Source: an uncultured Gammaproteobacteria bacterium (GTDB lineage: Bacteria > Patescibacteriota > Microgenomatia > UBA12405). Taken from it: a DNA stretch of 64,000 bases. Positions 9,428 through 20,591 of the stretch are shown here, one piece after another (the stretch's first letter is position 1; each line of letters starts with the position of its first letter). The position numbers and the translations under genes were made by a program. The notes under the pieces were generated by a model. That model saw nothing but the letters and a program-made list of their open reading frames with translations, had not been told where the DNA came from and did no database searches. The DNA is taken from assembly GCA_964408995.1 (NCBI GenBank), contig CAYPBP010000001.1, forward strand, positions 74,823 to 138,822, read 5' to 3'.

Positions 9428-11398
9428 ATGGACCAAATAATATCAAAAGAAACTAAAGAAACAATTGACCCCGTTTCAACTGTTGAAACAAAAACTAGAA
9501 TGAAATTTAATTTCAAAAAATTAGATAAAAAGAAACTATATTCAATCCTTTCAATTGTCTTAATTGTTTTTTCTGTAATCGCCATTTTATTTTTCTTTTT
9601 TGTTTTTGTCCCTGGAAATAAAATATTAAGTCAAATTAAAAACATTCAAAAATCAGTTCCCATTATTCAACAAGCTATTAGTGATAAAGATTTAGATAAA
9701 GTTAAAGAAGAATTAGCTACTCTCAAAAATCAAACTAAATTATTAGAATCAAATTATAAAAAACTTGGCTATACCAAATATATACCTGTTGTTGGTAATT
9801 ACTATAAAGATGGCCAACAATTTTTAATCATCGGTAAAGAGGGAATCGAACTTGGTAATATTTTACTTGAAGCTATTGACCCTTACAAAGATTTCTTGGG
9901 TGCCAAAGGTTCTTCCACTAGTAACGAAAAAACTACTCAAGATCGTATAACTTTTTTGACTGAATCAACTGCTGGATTACTCCCTTATATGAGTCAAATC
10001 AAAGAAAAAATAGTTATCATTCAAACAGCATCAGATAAAATCGATCCAAAACGTTATCCAGAAGAATTTAAGGGTTATCAAATAAAATCAAATATATTAA
10101 AACTTAAAGAGAGTCTTACTCAGGGTCAAGAAATTATCCAAAAGCTTGAACCAATTATTGAAAAAATACCTTGGCTTCTTGGTAAAGATAGTCCTCGTAA
10201 GTACTTAATGATTTTTCAAAATGATGGAGAACTAAGACCTAGTGGTGGTTTTTGGACAGCTTACAGCACTCTAACAATTAAAGATGGAAAAGTTACCCCA
10301 GGCACAGCTAGTAATATCTACGACCTTGATGACAAAATTGCCAGTAGAGTTCCGGCTCCACGTTTAATCAAAAGTTACCATATAGGAGTTCCTTATCTTA
10401 ACCTTCGTGATAGTAATCTTTCACCAGATTTCCCAACTAATGCTCAAATTTTTTTAGACCAATATACTAAAGCTACCGGTAAAAAAGATAGTTTTGATGC
10501 TGTTATTGCTATTGATACAAAAATTTTGGTTGACATGGTTAAAATTTTAGGCAAATTAGACACCAGAGTTGGAACTTTCACCTCAGAACCAGACAAAAGA
10601 TGTTGGGGTTGTCCTTCAATAATTTACGATATGTCTTGGATTTCTGGACGTCCCAGAAATTATATTGAAAAAAACAGAAAAGATTTTATGAATCCTCTTA
10701 TGTCTGCTTTGTTAGCCAATATAATGGGTTCCGAAAAAACAAAAATGGCCCCAATAATTGAAGCCTTCTTTAAAAATGTTAATGAAAAACATGTTTTAGT
10801 TTATTTTCCAGATGAAGAAATGCAAAAAATAGGAAATCTAGCCAATATTACTGGCAAAATAGTTGATGTAGAAAATGATGTGGATTATTTTCATTTAAAT
10901 GATACTAACTTTGCTAGTGCTAAAAGTAACTTTTTTATCACTCAAAAAATTAAACATGAAATAGATATTAAAAACAATGTTGCTGAACATAAAGTTTCTG
11001 TTACCTACACCAATCCCAATCCAGCCTCCAATTGTAATTTAGAAAAAGGGGATCTCTGTCTTAATGCTGCTAGATACCGTGATTTATTTAGATTTTATCT
11101 TCCAATTGGTTCTCAACTTACCAAGATGACTGGATCTGAAGTCGAAGCTGTTAAATATGAAGAGTTAAACAAACAAGTTTTTGAAGGTTTTTATGGCAAT
11201 AAATATGCCCTAAATGCTCAATCGAATATTAAAACTTCTATTCAATATACTTCTGGAGCAAAAATTGGTTCAACTTATAATCTATTACTCCAAAAACAAG
11301 CAGGAACTAAAGCAGTCGAATATGAATTAATAATCAATGGTCAAAAACAAGAAATATTTGATTGGGTGGCTGATAAAAACATCAAATTTTCTTTATAA
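9428..11398 (+). CDS. membrane-anchored DUF4012-like protein
   Basis: N-terminal TM then a large extracytoplasmic domain. This family is commonly found beside sugar transferases in glycan loci; family assignment is from memory. Confidence 0.45.
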   Translation: MDQIISKETKETIDPVSTVETKTRMKFNFKKLDKKKLYSILSIVLIVFSVIAILFFFFVFVPGNKILSQIKNIQKSVPIIQQAISDKDLDKVKEELATLKNQTKLLESNYKKLGYTKYIPVVGNYYKDGQQFLIIGKEGIELGNILLEAIDPYKDFLGAKGSSTSNEKTTQDRITFLTESTAGLLPYMSQIKEKIVIIQTASDKIDPKRYPEEFKGYQIKSNILKLKESLTQGQEIIQKLEPIIEKIPWLLGKDSPRKYLMIFQNDGELRPSGGFWTAYSTLTIKDGKVTPGTASNIYDLDDKIASRVPAPRLIKSYHIGVPYLNLRDSNLSPDFPTNAQIFLDQYTKATGKKDSFDAVIAIDTKILVDMVKILGKLDTRVGTFTSEPDKRCWGCPSIIYDMSWISGRPRNYIEKNRKDFMNPLMSALLANIMGSEKTKMAPIIEAFFKNVNEKHVLVYFPDEEMQKIGNLANITGKIVDVENDVDYFHLNDTNFASAKSNFFITQKIKHEIDIKNNVAEHKVSVTYTNPNPASNCNLEKGDLCLNAARYRDLFRFYLPIGSQLTKMTGSEVEAVKYEELNKQVFEGFYGNKYALNAQSNIKTSIQYTSGAKIGSTYNLLLQKQAGTKAVEYELIINGQKQEIFDWVADKNIKFSL

Positions 11399-11959
11399 AT
11401 GGATAAATACCAAAACACTCTTGGCATAGTAATCAACAAAAAAACTGTTAAGGAAACTGATTTATTGATTACTCTATTAACCCCCAGAAATGGCAAAATA
11501 GTTGCCCTGGCAAAAGGTGCCAAAAACATTAAAAGCAGTCGTCTAAGCTCTCTTCAGCTAGGTAATACTATTAAAGCTCAAATATATAAAAAAAATGATT
11601 ATCTATGGTTATCTGAATCTCAAACCATTATTCCTTTTTTACAACACGATAAAAATTTAACTCAATTAAACTTACTCTTTTATTTTTTGGAAGTTTTAAA
11701 TCGTTTAGTTGCTGAAAATCAACAAATTGAAAGTATTTATAAAATATCTCAAGAAATTATTGACGCTATAAACCACAATCAACTTAATCGTTACATAAAA
11801 AACGAAATTCTATTTTTAGAACAAATCGGTTTTGGTATCCCCAGTGAAATAGAAAAATATTTTCAAAAAAAAGATTACAAAACCACTCAACAACTAATAA
11901 AAGGCTTCTTTGAATCAATTATTGAAAAACCATTAGAAAGTAATAAATTGTTTAAATAA
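11399..11959 (+). CDS. recO: DNA repair protein RecO-like
   Basis: The N-terminal OB-fold pattern GIVINKKTVKETDLLITLLTPRNGKIVALAKGAKNIKSSR resembles RecO. Confidence 0.5.
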   Translation: MDKYQNTLGIVINKKTVKETDLLITLLTPRNGKIVALAKGAKNIKSSRLSSLQLGNTIKAQIYKKNDYLWLSESQTIIPFLQHDKNLTQLNLLFYFLEVLNRLVAENQQIESIYKISQEIIDAINHNQLNRYIKNEILFLEQIGFGIPSEIEKYFQKKDYKTTQQLIKGFFESIIEKPLESNKLFK

Positions 11960-11974
11960 CGGTATAATTGAGAC

Positions 11975-13090
11975 ATGAATTCAAAAAGCAAATCCCTAAG
12001 CTATAAGTCTACTGGAGTAAATTACAATATAATGGATCCAATTAAAAAGTTAGCCCAATCTTCCGCCAAAGAAACTGCGTTTAATCTCCTCCCTTTAAAT
12101 ATGTCTGAAAAAACTGAAAGTAGAGGAGAATCAGCCTATGTTTGGGAAGAAAAAGACTCGTATCGAGCTTTTGTCGTCGAAGGTTTAGGTACTAAAAATA
12201 TAGTTGCCGATGAAACTAGTAAAATAACCAAAAAAGATTACTATCAACATATTGCTCAAGACACTGTGGCTATGATCATCAACGACTTAATTGTCGTCGG
12301 AGCCAAACCCCAAGTATTAAATGCCTATTTCGCCGTTGGCTCATCTGATTGGTTTTTAGATACTAAAAGAGCCACTAACTTAATTAAAGGTTGGAAAAAT
12401 GCTTGTAACCTTTCTGGTGCAGTTTGGGGTGGGGGAGAAACTCCAACTCTAAAAGGTATTGTCGCTCCAGAAACTATTGATCTTGGTGGATCTGCTGTTG
12501 GCATAATTAAACCAAAAAAAAGATTAGTTTTAGGAAATAAATTAGCCTCAGGTGACACTATTTTATTATTAGAAAGTAGTGGTATCCATGCTAATGGTTT
12601 AACCCTAGCCAGATTAATTGCTGATAAATTACCTAAAGGCTATGCTACAAAATTAGACAACGGACAATTATATGGAGAAGCCTTATTAGCCCCAACCCAT
12701 ATCTATGCCAAAATAGTCAATGAACTTTTAGATAAAAATATTGATATTCATTATATGGTCAATATCACTGGACACGGTTGGAGAAAATTAATGAGAGCCA
12801 CCAAAAAATTTAGTTACATTATTGATCAAATACCACCCACACCACCAATTTTTGATTTTATCCAAAAACATTCAGGCAATGACGACCAAGAAATGTATGG
12901 CAACTTTAACATGGGTGCCGGTTTTGCTATTTTTGTGCCTGCAAAAGATGCTAAAAAAGCTCAACAAATTATCAAAGACAAATCAAAGTTTAAAGTTTGG
13001 CAAGCCGGTGTTGTCAAAGCGGGAGACAAGCAAGTGGTCATTAAACCAAAGAATATAACTTTCAGTGAAAAAACTCTTGAAGTCAGATAA
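11975..13090 (+). CDS. purM: AIR synthase (PurM)-related protein
   Basis: SLSYKSTGVNY matches the PurM N-terminus SLSYKDAGVDI. Adjacent to purT/purQ/purL. Confidence 0.6.
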   Translation: MNSKSKSLSYKSTGVNYNIMDPIKKLAQSSAKETAFNLLPLNMSEKTESRGESAYVWEEKDSYRAFVVEGLGTKNIVADETSKITKKDYYQHIAQDTVAMIINDLIVVGAKPQVLNAYFAVGSSDWFLDTKRATNLIKGWKNACNLSGAVWGGGETPTLKGIVAPETIDLGGSAVGIIKPKKRLVLGNKLASGDTILLLESSGIHANGLTLARLIADKLPKGYATKLDNGQLYGEALLAPTHIYAKIVNELLDKNIDIHYMVNITGHGWRKLMRATKKFSYIIDQIPPTPPIFDFIQKHSGNDDQEMYGNFNMGAGFAIFVPAKDAKKAQQIIKDKSKFKVWQAGVVKAGDKQVVIKPKNITFSEKTLEVR

Positions 13091-13097
13091 TTTTAAC

Positions 13098-14381
13098 TCA
13101 GGCAAAAATATGTTTTTCTTTTGATTCTTGTTTTTTCCACTTTGGATTTTGACAAGTAGCTATTTCTATTTTATGAGCTGCAATTTCTGCTTTCTCTTTT
13201 GCCTTTTTAACATTCTTATCAGTAGCCAAAACTATTCCCAAACGTCTATTAACATGGGCTTCATTCTTACCAAAAAGTAAAATTGTAACTCCTGATTCAT
13301 TTAAAGCTTTTGAAACATTTTTATAACCTGGATCGAAACCATCAGTTGGTGACAAAATTACATGAGAAGCTGCTGGAGTCAAAATTGGTATTACATCAAA
13401 ACCTAAATGTTTTTCGGTTGGAATTGGTAATCCTGTTATCGCTTTAACATGTAAAGCTGCCTGGGAAAACCCAATTTGCTGTGAAGCAAAAGTAACCATT
13501 CCTGTATCATGTGGACGAGGACTACATTCATTGGCCCAGACCATATCACCCTTGATAAATAACTCACAACCAAAGACTCCAACTCCACCCAAAGCGTCAG
13601 TAATTTTTTTAGCAATTTGATAAACCTTCTTTTCTGCTTTTGGACTAATGTCAGCCATTTGCCAACTAGAATGATAATCACCACCCCTTGTTTGATATTG
13701 GCCAATAGGATGGCAAAAAGATGTTTTTATTTTATTATTTTCATAATGTCTAACTACCAATTCAGTTACTTCCGTATCAAAATCAATATTTTGCTCAACA
13801 ATCAATTTATCAGATGATCCACGGGCTTCCAAGTGGGCTTTTTCATATGCCGCCTCAACTTCTTTCTCTGTTTTAACCTTACTTGAACCACTACCAGAAG
13901 AATCTTGAATAGCCTTAACCCAACAAGGATAACCAGTTTTTTTACAAGCTTCTTTTAGTTCTTCAAGAGAACTGACATAGAAATATTTAGACACTGGAGC
14001 TCCAGTTTTAACAATCATTTCCCTAATTCGTTCACGCTGCATGGCTGTATAAGTCGCCTTAGCATTAGGAACAATATTAAAACCTTCCTTTTCTAAATCA
14101 AATAACAAATCCAAATTAATAGCTTCAATTTCTGGCACAATATAATCTGGTTTTTCTTTTTCAATTATTGACCTCAAAAAACCCTCATCTTTCATGTTTC
14201 CAGTGTAAGAGCGATGAGCCACTTGTTGACCAGGCGCACCTTCATAACGATCCACTGCAATTGTAAAAAATCCCAATCTCATTGCTTCTATAATCACTTC
14301 TTTACCTAATTCACCAGATCCTAAAAGCATTATTTTTGTTGCTTTGTTACAAAGCGGGGAAAAAAGAGTATCTCGTTTCAT
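13098..14381 (-). CDS. purT: phosphoribosylglycinamide formyltransferase 2 (formate-dependent GAR transformylase)
   Basis: KIMLLGSGELGKEVIIEAMRLG...YIVPEIEAI...ECSPRPHDTGMVT aligns closely with PurT. Confidence 0.85.
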   Translation of the reverse strand: MKRDTLFSPLCNKATKIMLLGSGELGKEVIIEAMRLGFFTIAVDRYEGAPGQQVAHRSYTGNMKDEGFLRSIIEKEKPDYIVPEIEAINLDLLFDLEKEGFNIVPNAKATYTAMQRERIREMIVKTGAPVSKYFYVSSLEELKEACKKTGYPCWVKAIQDSSGSGSSKVKTEKEVEAAYEKAHLEARGSSDKLIVEQNIDFDTEVTELVVRHYENNKIKTSFCHPIGQYQTRGGDYHSSWQMADISPKAEKKVYQIAKKITDALGGVGVFGCELFIKGDMVWANECSPRPHDTGMVTFASQQIGFSQAALHVKAITGLPIPTEKHLGFDVIPILTPAASHVILSPTDGFDPGYKNVSKALNESGVTILLFGKNEAHVNRRLGIVLATDKNVKKAKEKAEIAAHKIEIATCQNPKWKKQESKEKHIFA

Positions 14382-14411
14382 ATTTGTATTATATAACTAA
14401 ATATTTTTTAC

Positions 14412-15212
14412 TTATTTAAAATAATTAATTGCATTCTTAAAAATTTGCAATGGCTTTGCATATTCAGGCAATTCTAATCCTTCTCTTAAATATTTTTCTT
14501 TTAATAATTCCCAGTTTGGAAATTGATTAAAAAAGATAGCTCTTTCAGGGTGGGGCATTAGTCCCAATATTCTGCCACTTTCATCAGTAATTCCAGCAAC
14601 ATCCTCTAAAGATCCATTTGGATTGGCTTCTAAATTTTGATAATCACAAATTTCTCCCTTTATATATTTCAAAGCAATTATATTTTTCTTTTTCAACTCT
14701 TCTAAAACTGATTTATCAGCATAAAATTTTCCCTCACCATGGGCAATTGCCACAGAAATTGTATCTATATCTTTCAACCAAGGAGAATCATTGGTCACTT
14801 TCAAATCCACCCATCTAGTTTTATATCGAGCTGAATTATTGTGCAACAAAGTTATTTGTTGACTTCCGTATTTTCCCTTCAAAGCTGGTAATAACCCCAA
14901 ACGAGTTAATATTTGAAAACCATTACAAATCCCAATTATCAAACCTCCATTTTTAATAAATTTTTCCAAATCTTTCCATAAATGATTTTTAATTTTACTA
15001 GCATAAGCATTGCCAGAACCCGTATCATCACCATAAGAAAACCCACCAGGAATGGCAAGAATTTGATAATCATTAAGACTTTTTGTTTTATCAATTAAAT
15101 CGTTAATATGAACAATGTCAGCACTACCTCCAGCCAAATCAAAAGCGAATTTAGTTTCCTCCTCACAATTCAAACCGTAACCAGAAAAAACTAATACTTT
15201 AACTTTTTTCAT
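14412..15212 (-). CDS. purQ: phosphoribosylformylglycinamidine synthase glutaminase subunit
   Basis: Class I glutamine amidotransferase motifs (GGFSYGDD, GICNGFQIL), about 266 aa, upstream of purL. Confidence 0.8.
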   Translation of the reverse strand: MKKVKVLVFSGYGLNCEEETKFAFDLAGGSADIVHINDLIDKTKSLNDYQILAIPGGFSYGDDTGSGNAYASKIKNHLWKDLEKFIKNGGLIIGICNGFQILTRLGLLPALKGKYGSQQITLLHNNSARYKTRWVDLKVTNDSPWLKDIDTISVAIAHGEGKFYADKSVLEELKKKNIIALKYIKGEICDYQNLEANPNGSLEDVAGITDESGRILGLMPHPERAIFFNQFPNWELLKEKYLREGLELPEYAKPLQIFKNAINYFK

Positions 15213-15213
15213 A

Positions 15214-18144
15214 TTAATAATTTTTAAATGTTGATTTATAAGCTTTTAACATTTCTTTAACATTAGTTTTAATTATTTCTTTTTTATTAATTCCCTTAAC
15301 CACAAAATCACTACCTTCCAAAACTTTACCAATCAAAGAAATTTTATTACCTTTCATCATTTCTTCAAATTTATTTTTATTAGCTGGATTTATTGATACC
15401 ACTATTCTTCCCTGTGTTTCAGAATATAAAGCACTATAATCACTGTTTATTTTGCCAGCTAATTTATTTAAGTTAATTAGAGCTCCAAGCATTCCTCCCA
15501 TGGTCGTCTTTGCTAAAGCCACTAATAAACCACCTCTGTTAACACTAATTGATGAAGCGATTAATTGTTTATTTACACATTTATAAAAATCTTTATATAA
15601 TTTTTGATTCTTTTTTGTATCAACTTTTGGAACTACACTTCCAAACTCATTAAAAGTCTCACCCAAAACATAAATTAAATCGCCAGCAAATTTCAAATCC
15701 AAAGAAACCGTTTTATTAATGTCATCCATTACCGATATGGCAGAAATTAATAAAGTTGGAGGAATTGAAATTTTTAATTGTTTACCTTTGGCATCATAAC
15801 CAGAAAAGTCATTAAACATACTGTCTTTCCCAGAGATAAAAGGTGTTCCAAAAGCAACCCCAAAATCATAACAAGCTTGAGTTGCTTGTTTTAATTGCCA
15901 TAATCTTTTCGGATTTTTAGAATCACACCAACAAAAATTATCTAGAATTGCAATTTTTTCTGGGTCAGCTCCAGCCGTTACTGCCATTCTAATAGCAGTA
16001 TCAATAGAACAGGCTGTCATCAAATAAGAATCTTTATTACTATATTCTGGATATAAACTAGCTGATAAAATTACCCCTTTTTTAGAATCTAGCACTGGTT
16101 TAAAAACTGAAGCATCACCATTTATTAAACCTCTACCTTGCAATGGTTTTAAAACACTACCTCCTTGAACTTCATGATCATATTGAGATGATAAAAATTC
16201 AAAACCAGCAATATTATTGCTACTCAAAGTTTTTAATAAATTTTTTGTAAAATCTTTTATTTCTGGCACCACTAATTTCTCGTTAGTTTTTTTAATTACT
16301 TCCGAAACCATTGGTCTTGGAGGTAAACCTTTATGTAAAAACTCCATTTCCAAATCTAAAATAACTTTACCTTTATAAGTTCCCACACATTTACCCGACT
16401 TAGTAAATTTTCCAATCACAGTTGCTTCTACTCCTCGTCTCTTCATTAACTCATTAAATTTATTCCATTTTGTTGGTGGCACTGCCAAAGTCATTCTTTC
16501 TTGAGATTCTGAAATCCAAATTTGCCAAGGCTCTAAACCAGGATATTTTAATGGCACCTTATCTAATTCAACTAAACATCCACCGGATTCATTAGCCATT
16601 TCAGCTACTGATGAAGACAAACCACCAGCTCCATCATCGGTAATACTTCTGTATAAATTTAAATCTCTAGCTTCTTTTATAATGGCATCGCTCATTTTTT
16701 TCTGAGTTATTGGATCACCAATTTGAACTGCGGTAGCTGGACTACCAGAATCTAGAGATTCTGAAGAAAAAGTAGCTCCATGAATTCCATCTTGTCCCAC
16801 TTTTCCACCAGTCATTACAATAAAATCACCGGGCTTAGCATTTTTAAAATCAGCTCTTTTACCCTTAATTTTTCTTGGAATTAAACCAACAGTTCCACAA
16901 AAAACTAATGGTTTACCTCTGTAATCATCATCAAAATACAAAAATCCAGAAGAAGTTGGAATCCCAGATTGATTACCACCACTATTAACTCCAGCAATTA
17001 CTCCATCCATTATTCTTCCAGCTGAAAGCATTTTTTGTTTTAAACCAGCATCTCTAAATAAATCAGTTTTATTTTTTGGATCAGCCAAACAAAATCCATA
17101 AACATTAGCAACAGGCTTAGCTCCCATTCCAAAACCCATGGCATCTCGATTCACTCCCACAATTCCAGTAATCGATCCACCAAAGGGATCCAAAGCCGAA
17201 GGACTATTATGAGTTTCCACTTTATGGGTAATTAAATATTTTTCATCAAAATCAATTCCTCCAGAATTATCGCTAAAGACTGACACACAAAAATCTTTCT
17301 TACCTTTTTCTTTTCTAATTCTTTCAGTAGCTGCTTTTATATGACTTTTAAATAAACCTTTTTCAATTTCATCAATCTTGTTAGCAAAAATTGTATGTTT
17401 ACAATGCTCTGACCATGTTTGAGCAATAGTTTCCAATTCAATATCGGTTGGCTTCCTGCCAATTTTATTAAAGTATTTTTTAATCGCTTGCATGTAAGTT
17501 AAATCCAAAGCCAAAGGACCTCGACTTAATCCATTTTTATCAATAATTCCCACCTTACCTAATTTAGTTAACTCATCATCACTAATATTTAAATCGATTT
17601 CTAAAACTTTAAAACTATTACTTAAATTAACTTTTGGAATATTTATTCCCATTCCTTTATCTTTTTTATATTCAACAAAACTCTTTATTATTACCCTTTG
17701 AATTAATGGATTGTATAAAGTAGCTGCTATTGTTTGGATATCTTTTTCAGATATTTTTCCACTAAAAAAACTAATTTGAGAAGTATAAACTCCCTCATTA
17801 GATTTAAATTTAGTTTTTAATAAATCCTCAACAATTTCTTTGGTACTAGTTGCCACATTATCAGTTACTCCTGGCAAAAATCCCACTTCCACTGCCCAAG
17901 AAAAATTATCAGGAGCCATGTTTTTACCAGTTTTTTGAGACACCAAATCAGCCAAAGTTGAAGATATTAAAGAAACTTGTTTAGTATCTAATTTTTTATC
18001 CAAAGTATATACATCAACAATAGTTATTTCTTTTATCTGAGATTTAATATCCAAAACTTCCAATTTATTTTTTCTGACCAAAGCCCTAGCATCAATTACT
18101 TTCGAAATTATTTCAATTCTTACTGCCATTTCCCAATTATACAA
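15214..18144 (-). CDS. purL: phosphoribosylformylglycinamidine synthase II (PurL) with N-terminal extension, possibly fused PurS-like
   Basis: ELETIAQTWSEHCKHTIF and the downstream AIRS domains match PurL. About 190 extra N-terminal residues precede the PurL core. Confidence 0.85.
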   Translation of the reverse strand: MYNWEMAVRIEIISKVIDARALVRKNKLEVLDIKSQIKEITIVDVYTLDKKLDTKQVSLISSTLADLVSQKTGKNMAPDNFSWAVEVGFLPGVTDNVATSTKEIVEDLLKTKFKSNEGVYTSQISFFSGKISEKDIQTIAATLYNPLIQRVIIKSFVEYKKDKGMGINIPKVNLSNSFKVLEIDLNISDDELTKLGKVGIIDKNGLSRGPLALDLTYMQAIKKYFNKIGRKPTDIELETIAQTWSEHCKHTIFANKIDEIEKGLFKSHIKAATERIRKEKGKKDFCVSVFSDNSGGIDFDEKYLITHKVETHNSPSALDPFGGSITGIVGVNRDAMGFGMGAKPVANVYGFCLADPKNKTDLFRDAGLKQKMLSAGRIMDGVIAGVNSGGNQSGIPTSSGFLYFDDDYRGKPLVFCGTVGLIPRKIKGKRADFKNAKPGDFIVMTGGKVGQDGIHGATFSSESLDSGSPATAVQIGDPITQKKMSDAIIKEARDLNLYRSITDDGAGGLSSSVAEMANESGGCLVELDKVPLKYPGLEPWQIWISESQERMTLAVPPTKWNKFNELMKRRGVEATVIGKFTKSGKCVGTYKGKVILDLEMEFLHKGLPPRPMVSEVIKKTNEKLVVPEIKDFTKNLLKTLSSNNIAGFEFLSSQYDHEVQGGSVLKPLQGRGLINGDASVFKPVLDSKKGVILSASLYPEYSNKDSYLMTACSIDTAIRMAVTAGADPEKIAILDNFCWCDSKNPKRLWQLKQATQACYDFGVAFGTPFISGKDSMFNDFSGYDAKGKQLKISIPPTLLISAISVMDDINKTVSLDLKFAGDLIYVLGETFNEFGSVVPKVDTKKNQKLYKDFYKCVNKQLIASSISVNRGGLLVALAKTTMGGMLGALINLNKLAGKINSDYSALYSETQGRIVVSINPANKNKFEEMMKGNKISLIGKVLEGSDFVVKGINKKEIIKTNVKEMLKAYKSTFKNY

Positions 18145-18172
18145 ACAAACAATTAAAATTTATACTATATAT

Positions 18173-18580
18173 TTAATCCCAAAAAAAATCATCTTCACTG
18201 TAATTCAATTTGAAAGTCATATACAAAAAATCTTCCTTAGTGTCATTAACAACTATATGTTTATCGAATGGTTCGACAACCAAAACATCATCAACTTCAA
18301 CATTTATTTTTTCTCCATTAATAATAAAATATCCATTTTTATTTAAAAAATAAAAAATTTCTGTTTGTATTTTATGAGAATGTGATTTCACTGTTTCTCC
18401 GGGTTCTATTTTAAGTTTTTGGACCAAACTTCCTTTTACTCCTAAATCTTCATCAGTCAAATAAACTTTTTTACTATATCCATCTTTCTTTAACCAACTA
18501 TTAGGCTCTGATTTAATTAATTTCATAAAATGAATTATACCAATATACGCTATAATACTTTCATGGCCCAAAACAATCAA
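18173..18580 (-). CDS. cupin domain protein
   Basis: GETVKSHSHKIQTEIFYFL...GEKI is a cupin beta-barrel motif. Confidence 0.45.
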   Translation of the reverse strand: MIVLGHESIIAYIGIIHFMKLIKSEPNSWLKKDGYSKKVYLTDEDLGVKGSLVQKLKIEPGETVKSHSHKIQTEIFYFLNKNGYFIINGEKINVEVDDVLVVEPFDKHIVVNDTKEDFLYMTFKLNYSEDDFFWD

Positions 18581-19885
18581 AACGAATTAGTCAGCAAAAT
18601 AGTTAGTCTTTGTAAAAGACGAGGAATAATTTTTCAAAATTCAGAAATATACGGCGGAGTCCAAGGTTTCTATGACTATGGTCCAATTGGATCATTAATG
18701 AAAATAAATTGGAAAAATATTTGGTGGACTGATAATGTTGTTAAACGCCGTGATGTGGTTGGTATTGACGGTTCAATCATTACTCACCCAACTGTCTGGC
18801 AAGCATCTGGCCATATCAAAAATTTTGCCGATATTATGGTCGAATGCAAATCTTGCCACAAAAGATTTCGTCCAGATTTGCTCGAAGATGATTCGAAATG
18901 TCCAGAATGTGGTGGTCAATTTACCGAAGGTCGAAAATATAATATTTTATTTGAAACTGAAATTGGTGTCATTGAAGGTGAAAAACAACATGCTTATCTA
19001 AGAGGAGAGGCTTGTCAAACTATTTATCTAGATTTTAAAAATATTGTCGATTCTTGCCGAGTTAAAATTCCTTTTGGTATTGCTCAAATTGGAAAAGCCT
19101 TTAGAAACGAAATCACTCCTAAAAATTTCCTTTATCGAACTCGTGAATTCGAACAATGGGACATTCAATATTTTGTTCATCCTTCTAAAATGGACGAATG
19201 GTACGAATATTGGAAAGAAAACAGAATGGAATGGTATAAAAAACTTTTCAATAATCCAGAAAATCTAAGATTTAGACAACACGAAAAAGATGAGTTAGCT
19301 TTTTATGCCAAAAAAGCTTTTGACATTGAATACAATGCTCCTTGGGGCTGGGCCGAAATGGAAGGAATTCATTGGCGCTCAGATTATGATTTAACTCAAC
19401 ACTCTAAATTTAGTGGTGAAGACCTAACTTATTTAGATCCAGTCACTCAAGAAAAATATCTTCCACACATCACTGAAACTTCTGGTGGAGTCGATCGTAG
19501 TTTCTTTTTTATGCTTCTAGATGCCTATAAAGAAGAAAAAAATGAATCAGGTGAAATTAGAACTGTTCTTCAAATTAAACCTCAAGTGGCTGCTTATAAA
19601 ATGGCCATTCTTCCTCTTGCTGCTAATAAACCAGAACTGATTGAAAAAGCTGAATCCATATACCAAACACTAAATACTAAATATTCAGTTGACTGGGACG
19701 ATTCTAGTAATATTGGTAAAAAATATCGTCGTCAAGATGAAATCGGAACTCCTTGGTGTTTAGTTGTTGATTATCAAACTATGGAAGACGACACTGTTAG
19801 TATTCGTGACCGAGACACCATGGAACAAATCAGAATAAAAAGCAAAGAAGTTGACAGTTGGTTAGAAAAACAGTTAAATAAGTAA
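18563..19885 (+). CDS. glyQS: glycine--tRNA ligase (alpha2 dimeric type)
   Basis: FQNSEIYGGVQGFYDYGPIGSLMKINWKNIWW is the class II GlyRS N-terminus. ATG at 18563 chosen as start. Confidence 0.9.
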   Translation: MAQNNQNELVSKIVSLCKRRGIIFQNSEIYGGVQGFYDYGPIGSLMKINWKNIWWTDNVVKRRDVVGIDGSIITHPTVWQASGHIKNFADIMVECKSCHKRFRPDLLEDDSKCPECGGQFTEGRKYNILFETEIGVIEGEKQHAYLRGEACQTIYLDFKNIVDSCRVKIPFGIAQIGKAFRNEITPKNFLYRTREFEQWDIQYFVHPSKMDEWYEYWKENRMEWYKKLFNNPENLRFRQHEKDELAFYAKKAFDIEYNAPWGWAEMEGIHWRSDYDLTQHSKFSGEDLTYLDPVTQEKYLPHITETSGGVDRSFFFMLLDAYKEEKNESGEIRTVLQIKPQVAAYKMAILPLAANKPELIEKAESIYQTLNTKYSVDWDDSSNIGKKYRRQDEIGTPWCLVVDYQTMEDDTVSIRDRDTMEQIRIKSKEVDSWLEKQLNK

Positions 19886-19886
19886 T

Positions 19887-20591
19887 ATGAAAAAAATAAT
19901 ACCTATCGTAATTGCAGTCGTTATTGTTATCTCTTTAATTTTATTTTTTGTATTGACTCGCGACAAAAAAACGACCACAAATCCAAATGCTAAAAATACC
20001 CAAGTTTCAAAAGAAATAGCATTAACAGCAGATGAATTACCAACTATTAGTCTTATTCCAAGAGCCGACGGTCATGAATTAAAATTTAAAGTAGCTAATA
20101 TCTCACCAAAATTTTCAACTGCCGAATACGAACTGATTTATACAGCAAAAGATGGTGAGCTAGAAATTGACAAAGGAGTCGGGGGCACTATAGAACTTGA
20201 TAGTAATAACTTTGAAAAAGATCTCTTGTTAGGCACTTCTAGCTGCACTAATGGCTGTAAATATAAATACGACGAAGGCATTGTTGGTGGAAATCTTACC
20301 TTAACTTTAACCACTGACAATAATGAATACTACACTTTTGAAACTCCCTTCGTTTTAAAAACATCAGCTGAAATTAATAAAGAAAAAGGCCTTAGCTTAA
20401 TTGAAGAAAACTTTTCTATTAAAGGCACTGTTACTAGTAAAAGTGACTTCTTTATCGCCATTAAAAATGCTAAACCAGTTTATTCAGTTTTTTCAAGTGG
20501 CAACGGTAACGGTAAAATTACCTCAATTGAACCAACCACTATCACTAAAACTAGTTTAACTTCTTTTGTTGGTGATTATCTTATTCCCTAA
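19887..20591 (+). CDS. hypothetical secreted/membrane-anchored protein
   Basis: N-terminal TM/signal. No family recognised. Confidence 0.35.
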   Translation: MKKIIPIVIAVVIVISLILFFVLTRDKKTTTNPNAKNTQVSKEIALTADELPTISLIPRADGHELKFKVANISPKFSTAEYELIYTAKDGELEIDKGVGGTIELDSNNFEKDLLLGTSSCTNGCKYKYDEGIVGGNLTLTLTTDNNEYYTFETPFVLKTSAEINKEKGLSLIEENFSIKGTVTSKSDFFIAIKNAKPVYSVFSSGNGNGKITSIEPTTITKTSLTSFVGDYLIP

